Positions 43,801-52,309 of a stretch of DNA of 64,000 nucleotides are shown here, piece by piece. Below the pieces are notes generated by a model, which was given only the letters and a program-made list of their open reading frames with translations, searched no databases and was not told the origin of the DNA. The DNA comes from an uncultured bacterium (GTDB lineage: Bacteria; Babelota; Babeliae; Babelales; Babelaceae). Position 1 is the stretch's first letter. Each line of letters begins with the position of its first letter. The position numbers and the translations under genes were made by a program. The stretch spans positions 96,001 through 160,000 of the forward strand of contig CAWGPQ010000006.1 of assembly GCA_963824495.1 (NCBI GenBank), given 5' to 3'.

Positions 43801-44516
43801 AAAGACCTGCTCTGGAGGGATATCTTACTCGACTTTATGCAGAAGCTAAGGATCTTGATAGCCGCCTCGTCAAATTCAGGACATCAACTTTACCTAAAAC
43901 TGTAGAACTCGCCGCAGGGCCAAAGACTGTAGAGTTCTTGGTTAGCCCAGAGTATATACATTATACCCAACAGCTCAGCACACAGCTTGCGCGACAGGTA
44001 AAAAATATAAGTGATCACTATGAGCAGCTGACCGCGCTCGTTGGGCCATTAAGTCTGGGCTCTATTCCTCAACCAGTTTTATTAAGTGAGGATCAACAAC
44101 TTAAGCAATATACAGCTTTAGTGAATAAACTTAAAAGTAACATGAATGCATTAGCAGGAAATATCTCTAGATATATAGAGGCTGCTCAAAGATATCAACA
44201 AGCTCGAGTGACCAATCTAGCAGAAGCTGCTAGGCTTCAAGAGTTTTGGCAGTCTCAGGGTCAAAAGCAGGCTCAAGATGCATTTAATGCTGATAGTGCT
44301 CTAGCTGATCAAGGGGCTCAAGATATTAGAAAATTTATGGAGACCCTTTCGCAATCTTCACCATTACGAGAAAGAGCCGCTAATTTACTTGAAGAGCTTA
44401 ACCAGATGAGAAAAGATCTAGAAGGGGCATATAGCAACTTAACTAAGCTTGTACCAGGTAACCTTGAACAATCATGGGTTATGCTTGGTTCAGGGGAAGA
44501 GCCTCAGGCAGAGTAG
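40803..44516 (+). CDS. Exported pseudo-hydrolase, hydrophobic segment and long Pro/Gln-rich coiled-coil cargo (copy 3)
   Basis: GVGRG at the elbow; internal duplicated helical module; C-terminus LEQSWVMLGSGEEPQAE. Confidence 0.8.
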   Translation: MKLNAILRRLSCVTLMVVTSWLGCVQAQHKVTAHFLFAPDYDMSKEQLQAYTPLITGPSAQVNFTKSESLALDRFRLETRYKELLQSLDVSQLKTHKDGIVILGVGRGATAALTATATSRLAFLKALVVESPVDPLAQALIDYGQELFDKSQGKLEEIQPLFTRALPDPAAWYVARAQVQPLRNVYSIGSIDRIDRTLPLLLIVQHNDPFYSNNTTRLLYIKLKQAGYTNVYLLDLEDILGAGTVTSPYVAAVHAFYKKYDIPYDTTLAAEGQQYFAQAQPSIESVEQSILSSYEDNAFARKLGLGIFAGGGALIAALGLKEITAPQRAAAAQRRELAPQRQELAKEVLKRVEEALGEEVPAAAEIPQVPQVPAEGRGIPKVPPLPKAPPRAPEGTSWSDVFKSTYASIVANLKKIGPATGAGVDLSEPTLLFGGLLPLTDIPVQLVPPSTTAIPLEPDLQRRVLTSQLLAIAFNIRELQRQLQVPNPAPEWLTSIRELLLLTTQQIENLPQPFRGLIEGRALELPSIPPGASQALAAPQRQNLQNIGQQLIKVGEDLAKLEKEAAQQPQQEILSQLKTIRDNVRWLQKQLLVPNPTGELLDSIKQLLALTTGQIANLPQQIRKLIEGGAPGSSNLGQQIAKIREDLAKLEKEVAQQQLPAPVPPQPLPPAPKLVKGTQVPEQVYGNILSTARDIRAIVNVDLRTLERLPLSNLERIRAYKGINQKNMKEVEGKLTLNSPLMKELTELSNDLDKIEQRLVEKKAIVAKAQEEARLRKQAEEQEAERKQQQIQQEAAVSKLLEDIAKSVSDQQRVLLEVLPLNELEMAIRQNNQHTLGGQQRLAQRAIAEFDPDANALADRANKLMSQLTAPEQQPLHDALDAASKSLEEIRFEFQIRLQRIQEGINKVRESTAGPLPSATQPTLTPPLPKGAPEELVRLQIQLNSYVRDAQTLDQWFQQVITELTALQRVVNSNLPVDSQIRKYAQYRINCWIHIWPRQERPALEGYLTRLYAEAKDLDSRLVKFRTSTLPKTVELAAGPKTVEFLVSPEYIHYTQQLSTQLARQVKNISDHYEQLTALVGPLSLGSIPQPVLLSEDQQLKQYTALVNKLKSNMNALAGNISRYIEAAQRYQQARVTNLAEAARLQEFWQSQGQKQAQDAFNADSALADQGAQDIRKFMETLSQSSPLRERAANLLEELNQMRKDLEGAYSNLTKLVPGNLEQSWVMLGSGEEPQAE

Positions 44517-44518
44517 CA

Positions 44519-45184
44519 TTAAAAGTATGACCCGCTTTTGTTTTTGAGTTTTATCAAGTGCAGGAGAATTATCTGATCTACGCGTGGGTTATAACTATAT
44601 CCGGGTGTAGATCGGTATTTTCGAAGAAGCTTTTCAGCTGTTTGTGTGTCATTATTGCTTAAAGCGTCGAGCATTTCTTGGAATAGTTGTTGTAGATCGT
44701 TTTTAGACTCAGCATAACGTTGCAGTTCTTGAGCAGAAGCAGTAGGCGTCGTGCTATTATAATTGAGAGCGATAGAGATAGCTTCATGAAGCTGAGGCGT
44801 AAAGATAGGGTATGCTAAAACTTGAGGCTTAGGATGTTTTGTAACCCTATGATGGTACTGTTCAAGCTCGTTTTTGAGTAGTGTTATCTCGCTCTCATAG
44901 GTTGGAATAACGTAGATCTCAATGTCAATACCAAATCGATACTTAAATTTTTCTCGTATAACTTTTGTAACAGGGTGGTCCTGTCCAAGATTATTGTAAA
45001 GAATCTGGTAAAGTTGTGCCAGCTTACTGCGTAATTCAAGCGTATCAATGCCTTGATCTTGGCTAATTTTAAAACGTAAAGCATAAAGCTTTATGCTTGC
45101 TCGAGCATGTGCATTGCATAGGCTAGGTGTTATCCAGAGTGTGCTCATAAAGAGCAATAGAGAGAGTGCAGAGTGTGTGTTCAT
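44519..45184 (-). CDS. Exported orphan protein with the shared ~60-aa helical module
   Basis: Signal peptide; ARASIKLYAL...LAQLYQIL...REKFKYRFGID. Confidence 0.75.
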   Translation of the reverse strand: MNTHSALSLLLFMSTLWITPSLCNAHARASIKLYALRFKISQDQGIDTLELRSKLAQLYQILYNNLGQDHPVTKVIREKFKYRFGIDIEIYVIPTYESEITLLKNELEQYHHRVTKHPKPQVLAYPIFTPQLHEAISIALNYNSTTPTASAQELQRYAESKNDLQQLFQEMLDALSNNDTQTAEKLLRKYRSTPGYSYNPRVDQIILLHLIKLKNKSGSYF

Positions 45185-45305
45185 AATGAGCCAATAGTAA
45201 TAAAATTATTAAAGCTAATTGTTTTTTAAACTGTTACTATTAATAATATTTGATATTTCGAAAAAGATCAAAAGCCTTGGCCCAGGCACAAAAATGGGCT
45301 TTCTA

Positions 45306-45971
45306 TTATGCAGCGACGCCTTTGCCTAGAATCTTTCTAATGGCTTCAAGGTGTTGATTAATCTCGCGGCACAGATAAGCATCAGGTTGTACAAGTGGAT
45401 GCTGCTCAAAGTCTTGAAGTGCTTTTTCATAAGCTTTAAGTTCTTCATAAGTAAAAGTTTCAGGCTTTTTTGTCACATACATTAATAGGGTATTCATGAG
45501 CTCAACTTCTGATCTTGCGGGCATCGTAAATTTGGTAGTAAGGCGTTCGATAGAATCAATTACTTGTTTTTCTAAAGCGCTGTCGGTTATACCATACTGA
45601 GCTTTATGGTCCTCTTGGTATCCCTTAAGATAAGCCTTGAGCTGGGCAATAATTGCTTCAGCTCGCATAAGCTGCAGTGACGCTTCATCTCCCACTTCGA
45701 GTATCTCTAAGTTCAATTCTTGTGCATAGTTAAGCCGTTGCTTGAGGGCTTCTAATTTTTGGTAAAAATCAAGTAATGCAACCTCCTGACCTATAAGAGA
45801 ATCTTGTTCCGTTATCACATATGAATAAGGGAGACTATACACAACCGCTTCCTGAGAGAAAAGCTCTGCTATGTCATTAGCAACTGTTTCGTTATCTTGC
45901 CCGCCTGAAGCTCCAAAACAACTAATAAAACCAACACCGATTGCTGCCGCTATTGCATGAGTAATATTCAC
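45306..45971 (-). CDS. Exported helical protein, paralog of the middle of the 46100 gene
   Basis: RAEAIIAQLKAYL...PETFTYEELKAYEKALQDFEQHP...EINQHLE versus RAQILRNQLLAYL...PQSFTAKDLADFEKAWKDYQRHP...EINQQLE. Confidence 0.75.
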   Translation of the reverse strand: MNITHAIAAAIGVGFISCFGASGGQDNETVANDIAELFSQEAVVYSLPYSYVITEQDSLIGQEVALLDFYQKLEALKQRLNYAQELNLEILEVGDEASLQLMRAEAIIAQLKAYLKGYQEDHKAQYGITDSALEKQVIDSIERLTTKFTMPARSEVELMNTLLMYVTKKPETFTYEELKAYEKALQDFEQHPLVQPDAYLCREINQHLEAIRKILGKGVAA

Positions 45972-46046
45972 GATTCTCCCTCAATAAAACTGTGGTAAAA
46001 GACTGGTTACGGCAATTAAGTATAATCGAATATCTTTAAAAAAGAA

Positions 46047-46074
46047 TAAGAGCCCGAGACTAATCGGGCTCTTA
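46047..46074 (-). terminator. Rho-independent terminator
   Basis: taagagcccga-N6-tcgggctctta followed by a T-rich tract on the minus strand. Confidence 0.75.
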
Positions 46075-46099
46075 TAATGGATGAGATAGAAACCTTTAA

Positions 46100-47728
46100 T
46101 TAAGGTTGTTGAGTACTCGCTGCTTGCTCAATAGCCGAGAGTTGGCGACGTAAGTCTGAACGCAGAACATTTAATCTTGCTTGAGAAGTGTTTATGTCTG
46201 TTGCTAAATTCCTTTTTCCTAATGTTGTTCTCGTGGAAGGTTGCACCTGTTCTCGCCGTAAATCACGTAATTTTGTAACCTCTGTTGAATACCGTGCGAG
46301 AGTAGCTTCAAATTGATTAAGTAGCTCCGATGGTACTTTTCCTTCAACGACTGTCTTGTATGCCTGCCAATCAGTGCGAAGTTTCTCGTTATCGCCGGCA
46401 GTTAAATCCTCTTGTATGGCCTTACTTGCTAGAACAAGAGCCGGTGCTTGAACAGTTGGCTGGCCGCTTGAGCCAAACCATGAAGTGAAATAACCAGGAA
46501 GAGAACTGAGAGCACTCGTTATTGAGCTATAGGCGCTTTGCAGCATACCCGGTTGCTTTGCAGCTTCAAGAGCTTTTCTAACGGTTTCCAGTTGCTGATT
46601 AATTTCATTGGTAAAGCTTGGATTAGGTTCTATGAATGGATGTCGCTGGTAGTCTTTCCATGCTTTCTCAAAATCAGCTAGATCCTTGGCAGTAAATGAT
46701 TGTGGATTTGCAGCTTTTGTAGTAAAGCGTAGTAAGGCGTCTGCAAGTTCATCCTCTGACTGCTCAGGTAAATTAAATCGTTGGTCAAGTTGCTTTATGA
46801 AATCAAGAGTTGCTTGAAGCCTCTCTCTATCGATGCTCCTACGTTCGCTCAAATAGCTTTGTTCATAGGCTTGCAAGTAAGCTAGGAGCTGATTGCGGAG
46901 AATTTGAGCTCTTACGCGTTGATTAGCTAAATCTTCTGGACTTATAGGTATACCATAAGGTTCTTCAAGAAGATCTTTAGCTTGACTAAGCCTCTTTGTC
47001 AGCTCATTAAATCGTTCCTGAAAATTTAGGCCTGCAACTTGTTGCTGCAGGAGTGAAAGTTCATCGCCTCCAAGCGCTAAAAGCAACTGAAGTGTTGCTT
47101 CAGGTATACCGAGGATCTCTTCTATGGTTTTCGGTATTTGTACGGGTGGGGTTGGCGTAACTCCTGGTACTTGAGGCGCTCGAGTTCTTGCTGCAAGTTG
47201 CCCTTCTAATCGAGCAATGTTGGCGAGTGCTTCATCGAGATTTTTTTGTGCTGTGCGTTGGGTTTGACTGAGTTCTCCGCTTGTTTTTTGAGCCTGCTCT
47301 TGTGCTGCTTCTAGCTGGTCAAGCTGTTGCTGAAGCGCATATTCATGTTCTTTCCGCTCTGCAGCTCTTGGGCTTATGCCCGACAGTCGCTCAAACTCCT
47401 TAATTTTTTGAGTCATGGAACTCTCTACAGGAGCAACGAGGTCTTGAAGAAGTACGTTATATTTCTTGCTTAGTATTTTGCCGGCTTGATCTTTTGTCAG
47501 TCTAACTGCCGAGTTCGTGTCTCCCGGTAATAATATATAGAGTGTAACCAGGTGATCACGGAGACTAGTGTCAGCTGTGTCTTTAACACTTTCTAGAGTT
47601 TTTATATATAACCCAATGGCATTTAGGATTGCTCCAGCCGACTGTTGGGCAGCCAGAGGTTGGCCACTAACTGTTATCGTCAGAAAGGCTTGCCCGAGCA
47701 GGAACAGCCTTAGTAATGTTCTGTTCAT
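46100..47728 (-). CDS. Exported coiled-coil orphan protein (array member)
   Basis: Start reassigned to MNRTLL (ATG 47728, aaagga SD); signal ends VSG|QP; RDHLVTLYILLP module. Confidence 0.75.
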   Translation of the reverse strand: MNRTLLRLFLLGQAFLTITVSGQPLAAQQSAGAILNAIGLYIKTLESVKDTADTSLRDHLVTLYILLPGDTNSAVRLTKDQAGKILSKKYNVLLQDLVAPVESSMTQKIKEFERLSGISPRAAERKEHEYALQQQLDQLEAAQEQAQKTSGELSQTQRTAQKNLDEALANIARLEGQLAARTRAPQVPGVTPTPPVQIPKTIEEILGIPEATLQLLLALGGDELSLLQQQVAGLNFQERFNELTKRLSQAKDLLEEPYGIPISPEDLANQRVRAQILRNQLLAYLQAYEQSYLSERRSIDRERLQATLDFIKQLDQRFNLPEQSEDELADALLRFTTKAANPQSFTAKDLADFEKAWKDYQRHPFIEPNPSFTNEINQQLETVRKALEAAKQPGMLQSAYSSITSALSSLPGYFTSWFGSSGQPTVQAPALVLASKAIQEDLTAGDNEKLRTDWQAYKTVVEGKVPSELLNQFEATLARYSTEVTKLRDLRREQVQPSTRTTLGKRNLATDINTSQARLNVLRSDLRRQLSAIEQAASTQQP

Positions 47729-47777
47729 TATAGTTCCTTTTTTTTTATAATACTTATGCTTCTGCTTGAGATTGCCC

Positions 47778-48776
47778 TCACTTGAGTAGATTTTTAACAT
47801 CTTTTACAAAATAGGTATCTATAGGGATACGTTGAGCTTGTGCTTGTGCTTCATAATCAGTTAAGGCAGTATTGAGTTTTTGCCACGTTTTTTGTAGTAG
47901 CCCAAGTTCAAATTCTGCCTCTGCTTCCGCTTTGGCTTCGAGAAGCTCAACAACTGCTGGTAGGTGCGATTCCAAGTCTTTCTGAAGTTTAGTAATGCGG
48001 TCGCTTATTTCTCTGGGAAGAATATGGGCAATATCGAGAGGTATAAGTATGTAGGGAATAACCTGTGCCGCTCGTGCTGCAGTTTCAAAGTCTTCAATAA
48101 GGGAACCAAGTTCTGCTACAGCTTGATTAAATTTATCGGAGTCGCTAGTTCCAGCGTACACCAGTTGGTTTAGATCCTGTATTTGTTTCTGAATTTGCTT
48201 ATCGAGTTTATCAAGTTCTGATCCTTCTATAGGTTGTATTGGTATTGGCTGCGTTAACTGTCGGTTAAGCTCAGCAAGTCTGTCAATAGCTTTTTCTAGC
48301 GCTTGAGTAAGAGCTGCTCTTTGTTCCTGTAGCGTTTTATGACCGGCCAGAGTTTGTTGATGCTCTTCTCTTACGCTTTGTATTCGTTTCTCTAGCGCTT
48401 TAATGCGATCTTCTTGGGCTTGTTCTGCCGGCGTAAGGGTGGTTGTAGGATATCTCTGGTTAAGTCTTTCAAGTGTAGGCTTAATGAGCTCATCAAGAGG
48501 TATGTTATATTTCTCGCTCAGCCTTTCGCCAGCTCGAGCTTTTGTCAGTTTAACTATTGGATTACTATCTCCTGGTAAAAATATATAGAGCGTAACAAGA
48601 TGATCACGAAGACTGGTATCAGCTGTATTTTTAACACTTTCTAGAGTATCTACATATAACCCGATGGCATTTAGAATTGTTCCAGCCGACTGTTGGGGAG
48701 CCGGAGGTTGACCATAGAGTGTTATTGTCAGAAGAGCTTGCCCGATAAAGGTAAGCTTGAGTATTTTTTTAATCAC
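47778..48776 (-). CDS. Exported coiled-coil orphan protein (array member)
   Basis: N-terminus nearly identical to the 46100 gene; C-half similar to the 49566 gene. Confidence 0.75.
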   Translation of the reverse strand: MIKKILKLTFIGQALLTITLYGQPPAPQQSAGTILNAIGLYVDTLESVKNTADTSLRDHLVTLYIFLPGDSNPIVKLTKARAGERLSEKYNIPLDELIKPTLERLNQRYPTTTLTPAEQAQEDRIKALEKRIQSVREEHQQTLAGHKTLQEQRAALTQALEKAIDRLAELNRQLTQPIPIQPIEGSELDKLDKQIQKQIQDLNQLVYAGTSDSDKFNQAVAELGSLIEDFETAARAAQVIPYILIPLDIAHILPREISDRITKLQKDLESHLPAVVELLEAKAEAEAEFELGLLQKTWQKLNTALTDYEAQAQAQRIPIDTYFVKDVKNLLK

Positions 48777-48793
48777 GTGGTGACTCCCTAAGT

Positions 48794-49540
48794 TTAAGGT
48801 TTTAACAGATCCGGAAAAAAGAGCTTGACGAGAGGTTCGGCGTCTCCAACAAGTTCTTGGTTTCTTTGGCTATCGGGTACGCTTACAAGATATTGTTTAA
48901 GTGCTTGACCCAGCTCACTTATTTGTTGTAGATATCCTGTGCCTTCAGCGTCATCTATTAGCTCACCTGATAAGTACTTATTGATAGTGTCAAGACGGTC
49001 CTGCATGTAAGTCTCAAGTTCTGCTTTGGATGGGAGCGTAGGAGCAGGCACTTCAGGTACTGTTGGTGCCGGCGGTGCTGGTGGTACTTGTTCTTCTTCT
49101 AGTCGAATCAATTCCTGCAAATCTTGAAGTTCTTTGCTGCGTTGCTCATGAGCCTTTTGCCATTGTGCTAGCTCAGCCCTGAGCTGTTGCATTTCTTCTT
49201 GAGTCGTAAATCCACCAGTGACATGTTGACGGATTTCCTCATTTCGTTGTCTCACCAGATCATCAATATTGACGTCATATATATTTTTGAATTGGTCTTT
49301 ATATCGTAGAATATCGTCCCGTTGACCTCGTGTAGCGGTAGGCAAATGGCTATAGAGCGAGACAAGGATGTCACGCGTTCCCATATCGTTACGATTCTTA
49401 TCTGCATCGCTTAATGCTCTGCCAAACAACGTAAAGGCACTCGGTGAAGTCGTGCTTTGCGGTTGTGCCTCAAGTGCTCGGTTGAGTAAGTTTATTACTA
49501 TAAGCCCTAGCGTGAGGGCTTTTGTTTTTTGAATCTTCAT
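48794..49540 (-). CDS. Exported coiled-coil orphan protein (array member)
   Basis: AFTLFGRALSDA...RDILVSLYSHLPTATRGQRDDILRYK. Confidence 0.75.
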   Translation of the reverse strand: MKIQKTKALTLGLIVINLLNRALEAQPQSTTSPSAFTLFGRALSDADKNRNDMGTRDILVSLYSHLPTATRGQRDDILRYKDQFKNIYDVNIDDLVRQRNEEIRQHVTGGFTTQEEMQQLRAELAQWQKAHEQRSKELQDLQELIRLEEEQVPPAPPAPTVPEVPAPTLPSKAELETYMQDRLDTINKYLSGELIDDAEGTGYLQQISELGQALKQYLVSVPDSQRNQELVGDAEPLVKLFFPDLLKP

Positions 49541-49565
49541 GATCTTGTCCTTTTAAGCTACTGGT

Positions 49566-50576
49566 TTATTTGCCCCACTGTTCTAAATCTGCCTCGGCGG
49601 ATCTTACATATTCGTTATCGACAGAAATACCTAGCCCGGGTGCTTGTGTACGATAACTTGCTAGAGCTTCACGAAGTCTTTTGGTGGCAGCTTCGCTCGG
49701 TTTGCCTAGTTTTACTAGCTCACCTAAAAACTGCTCATGTGCGGCATTAAGCTCTGCAATAATTGGTAACGTTTCCCCCGTTTCTGTGCTTTTTTGCCCT
49801 TGTATCAAGGTATCAAAGAGTGGTTTTGGTAGCAGTATCTCTATGTCTGCTGGAAGAAGAGGGTAACGTGAGATACCAGCGCGTTGCGCCTTCGCTATGT
49901 ACTGATTAAGTAAGGTTTCTAGGTTTCCTATAGCGTTGTTGTATGCGTTTTCGTCAAATTCTCCTAGCTTTTCAGAATCCAGTATTGATGTTAGAAGTTT
50001 TGCTTGTTGGCCAATCTCTTTGTTCAAAGAATCAAGTTCCTGTTGTATTGTTCTTATAGGCTCGGCTGGTGGCCGTGCTTCTTCGGCTTCTGCCGTCTCC
50101 CTAAGAAGATGCCTGAGCTCTCTTTGCCTATTGAGCTCGTCAATATTTGAGCTTATTTTGGCATGCTCAGTTTTCAGCATGTCGATTTCTTGTTGAAGTT
50201 GGCGAGCTTCTTCAGCTGGCGTTAAACCTTTGGTTAGCTGCTCCCGCAATGCTTCTTCTTGTTGCTTGACTATATCATCAATATTGACGTCATATATCTC
50301 TTCGAACTGATTTTTATACCGTAGAATATCATCCCGTTGACCTCGTGTAGCAGTGGGCAGATGGCTATAGAGCGTAACAAGAATATCACGTATTGCCATA
50401 TCCTTACGATCCTTAGCCGCATCGCTTAATGACCTGCCAAACAATGTAAAGGCAGTTGGTGAAGTCATACGAGCAGGCAACAACGATTGCTGCTGCTGTG
50501 CCTGCGCAGCTCCAGATATCAACTGCAGTATGATTATATTTCGTGTTATTATTTTTAGGGTTTTTTTCATTATCAT
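49566..50576 (-). CDS. Exported coiled-coil orphan protein (array member)
   Basis: N-domain nearly identical to the 48794 gene. Confidence 0.75.
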   Translation of the reverse strand: MIMKKTLKIITRNIIILQLISGAAQAQQQQSLLPARMTSPTAFTLFGRSLSDAAKDRKDMAIRDILVTLYSHLPTATRGQRDDILRYKNQFEEIYDVNIDDIVKQQEEALREQLTKGLTPAEEARQLQQEIDMLKTEHAKISSNIDELNRQRELRHLLRETAEAEEARPPAEPIRTIQQELDSLNKEIGQQAKLLTSILDSEKLGEFDENAYNNAIGNLETLLNQYIAKAQRAGISRYPLLPADIEILLPKPLFDTLIQGQKSTETGETLPIIAELNAAHEQFLGELVKLGKPSEAATKRLREALASYRTQAPGLGISVDNEYVRSAEADLEQWGK

Positions 50577-50578
50577 GG

Positions 50579-52108
50579 TTATATTCCTTTAATGTCTTTG
50601 CACAATGCTTGAACTGGTATAACTTCTTCTTCAATCTTGCCACCAGCTGCTCTCGAATAATCGTTAAATGTCGTACACAAGTCGGCATTAACGCCATTCT
50701 TAAGCTCATAGTATTTTTCATTGCTTAGTTGTTCATATTCCTTGTTGTCTCTAATATCTTCATACTTTGCCAATAGCTCTAGAACTTCTTGCTTAAGTTC
50801 GGCAGTGGTTTTTGGTACCGGTGGCACTTCAGGTGGTACTGGAGGTACGGGCGAAACAGGTAACCTATATTTATAGTCTAGATCCTCTAAGATACTTCGT
50901 GCATCATCAATAAAGGGGAAGTTTTTTGCATACATTGGATAAAGACCTAAAAATAAATTAAAGCGGTCAGCCAAGCTTTTTGCCAGTGCTTTATTCTCGT
51001 CGTTATAAGGCATGCCGAGAAGAGTGTATGCCTCACTTAAGAAGTGACGTGCTTTTTTATCAAACTCATTCTGGCTTGAAGCAACAAGCAATCTGCTGCC
51101 GATTTGCTCTTCTTGTTTAAGAATAGGCTCGATTCTTGATGGTGGTATTACTTCTTCGGGTGGAATACTTGGTGCTTCAGGTGGTGTTATAGGTGGGGCA
51201 GGTGGTACTAGCACTTGAGCCCTGCGTAATTCGGCAAGAGCAGCCTCAAGTTCTGAGATGCGTCGGTTAAGCTCCGTAACATTTTGCCTACGTGCAAGTT
51301 CAGCTTCAAGATTTGAAATACGCTGTTCAAGGTGTTTAATATCCGGTGTACGAGCAACGGTAGCTTCAAGATCTGCAATACGTTTCTCAAGTTGCGCAAT
51401 AGTGTGCGTAGGCGGTACTTCAGGTAGCGTTGGTACTACCAGTGCAGGCGGTGGAGCTATCGGTCTTGTAGGTCTTGCTGGTACTGCAGGCGGTATGCGA
51501 GGAACGAGCACGGGTCTTCTTGGTGGTGTGGGGATAACAGGGCGTCGAGTAGGTTGTAATTTCTTAAGGTACTCTCGAATTGTATTTATGTTTAACCCAG
51601 CAAAGCGCAAGAGAGCATCAGCTTGTCTTCTGTCGGGAGCGCTCATTATCGTGTAATAGTTATTAAGATTTTTAAGCCTACCAGCTAGTTTGTTTGGTTG
51701 TACGGTTCTATAAGAAGCAAGAAGGTTACAAAAATACCATAAATTTGAGCCCGAGCGATATCTTCTACAGATCGGCTGAAGCTGATCATACAAGCTTTTT
51801 TTTGCAGCAGGAGCAGCAAATCGCTTAGATGGAGGGAGTGTCCCTACATAGTTAAGTATCCTTATGCTCGTGCCTGATCGTCTTAATTGAGCTTGTGCTT
51901 GAGCACGTTCTCGAGGTGTTAGTTGTCGATCATAGATACCGGTGAGTTGACGGGCAAGATTAATTCTATCTCTTCTTTCTGTAGTTCTTTGATAATTTCT
52001 CAAGGTGCCAAAGAAGTTTCTTAATTCCTGTGGCGAGCTATGGACTAGAGGAGCTGTGCTAAGAGTTATAGCAAAATACAGGAGTATTTTGCGAAATCTC
52101 TGTTTCAT
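50579..52108 (-). CDS. Exported Pro-rich coiled-coil protein, paralog of the 52310 gene
   Basis: Signal peptide, basic N-domains, Pro-rich linker, IAQLEKRI coiled coil, shared C-terminal ~200-aa unit. Confidence 0.8.
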   Translation of the reverse strand: MKQRFRKILLYFAITLSTAPLVHSSPQELRNFFGTLRNYQRTTERRDRINLARQLTGIYDRQLTPRERAQAQAQLRRSGTSIRILNYVGTLPPSKRFAAPAAKKSLYDQLQPICRRYRSGSNLWYFCNLLASYRTVQPNKLAGRLKNLNNYYTIMSAPDRRQADALLRFAGLNINTIREYLKKLQPTRRPVIPTPPRRPVLVPRIPPAVPARPTRPIAPPPALVVPTLPEVPPTHTIAQLEKRIADLEATVARTPDIKHLEQRISNLEAELARRQNVTELNRRISELEAALAELRRAQVLVPPAPPITPPEAPSIPPEEVIPPSRIEPILKQEEQIGSRLLVASSQNEFDKKARHFLSEAYTLLGMPYNDENKALAKSLADRFNLFLGLYPMYAKNFPFIDDARSILEDLDYKYRLPVSPVPPVPPEVPPVPKTTAELKQEVLELLAKYEDIRDNKEYEQLSNEKYYELKNGVNADLCTTFNDYSRAAGGKIEEEVIPVQALCKDIKGI

Positions 52109-52190
52109 AATTATCCCTTTCTTGCAATAGAAATACGACTTTTATACTAGTTTTCTTGGCCATAAGCAGTTCTTATGGTGCTCATTGTTT

Positions 52191-52221
52191 AGTGTAGTTA
52201 ATTGTAATTACTAATTGCAAT
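52191..52221 (-). promoter_or_regulatory. Putative promoter with overlapping palindrome
   Basis: Minus strand TTGCAA-N18-TACACT; palindrome ATTGTAA-N7-TTGCAAT at 52201-52221. Confidence 0.5.
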
Positions 52222-52271
52222 ACTTTAACTAAAGTATATCTAATTATTAAGTTCTGGGTTTGATATTTTTA

Positions 52272-52299
52272 AAGGGCTTGCTCTAGAAAGCAAGCCCTT
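52272..52299 (-). terminator. Hairpin after the 52310 stop
   Basis: aagggcttgct-N6-agcaagccctt. Confidence 0.7.
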
Positions 52300-52309
52300 A
52301 GTTGTTTAG

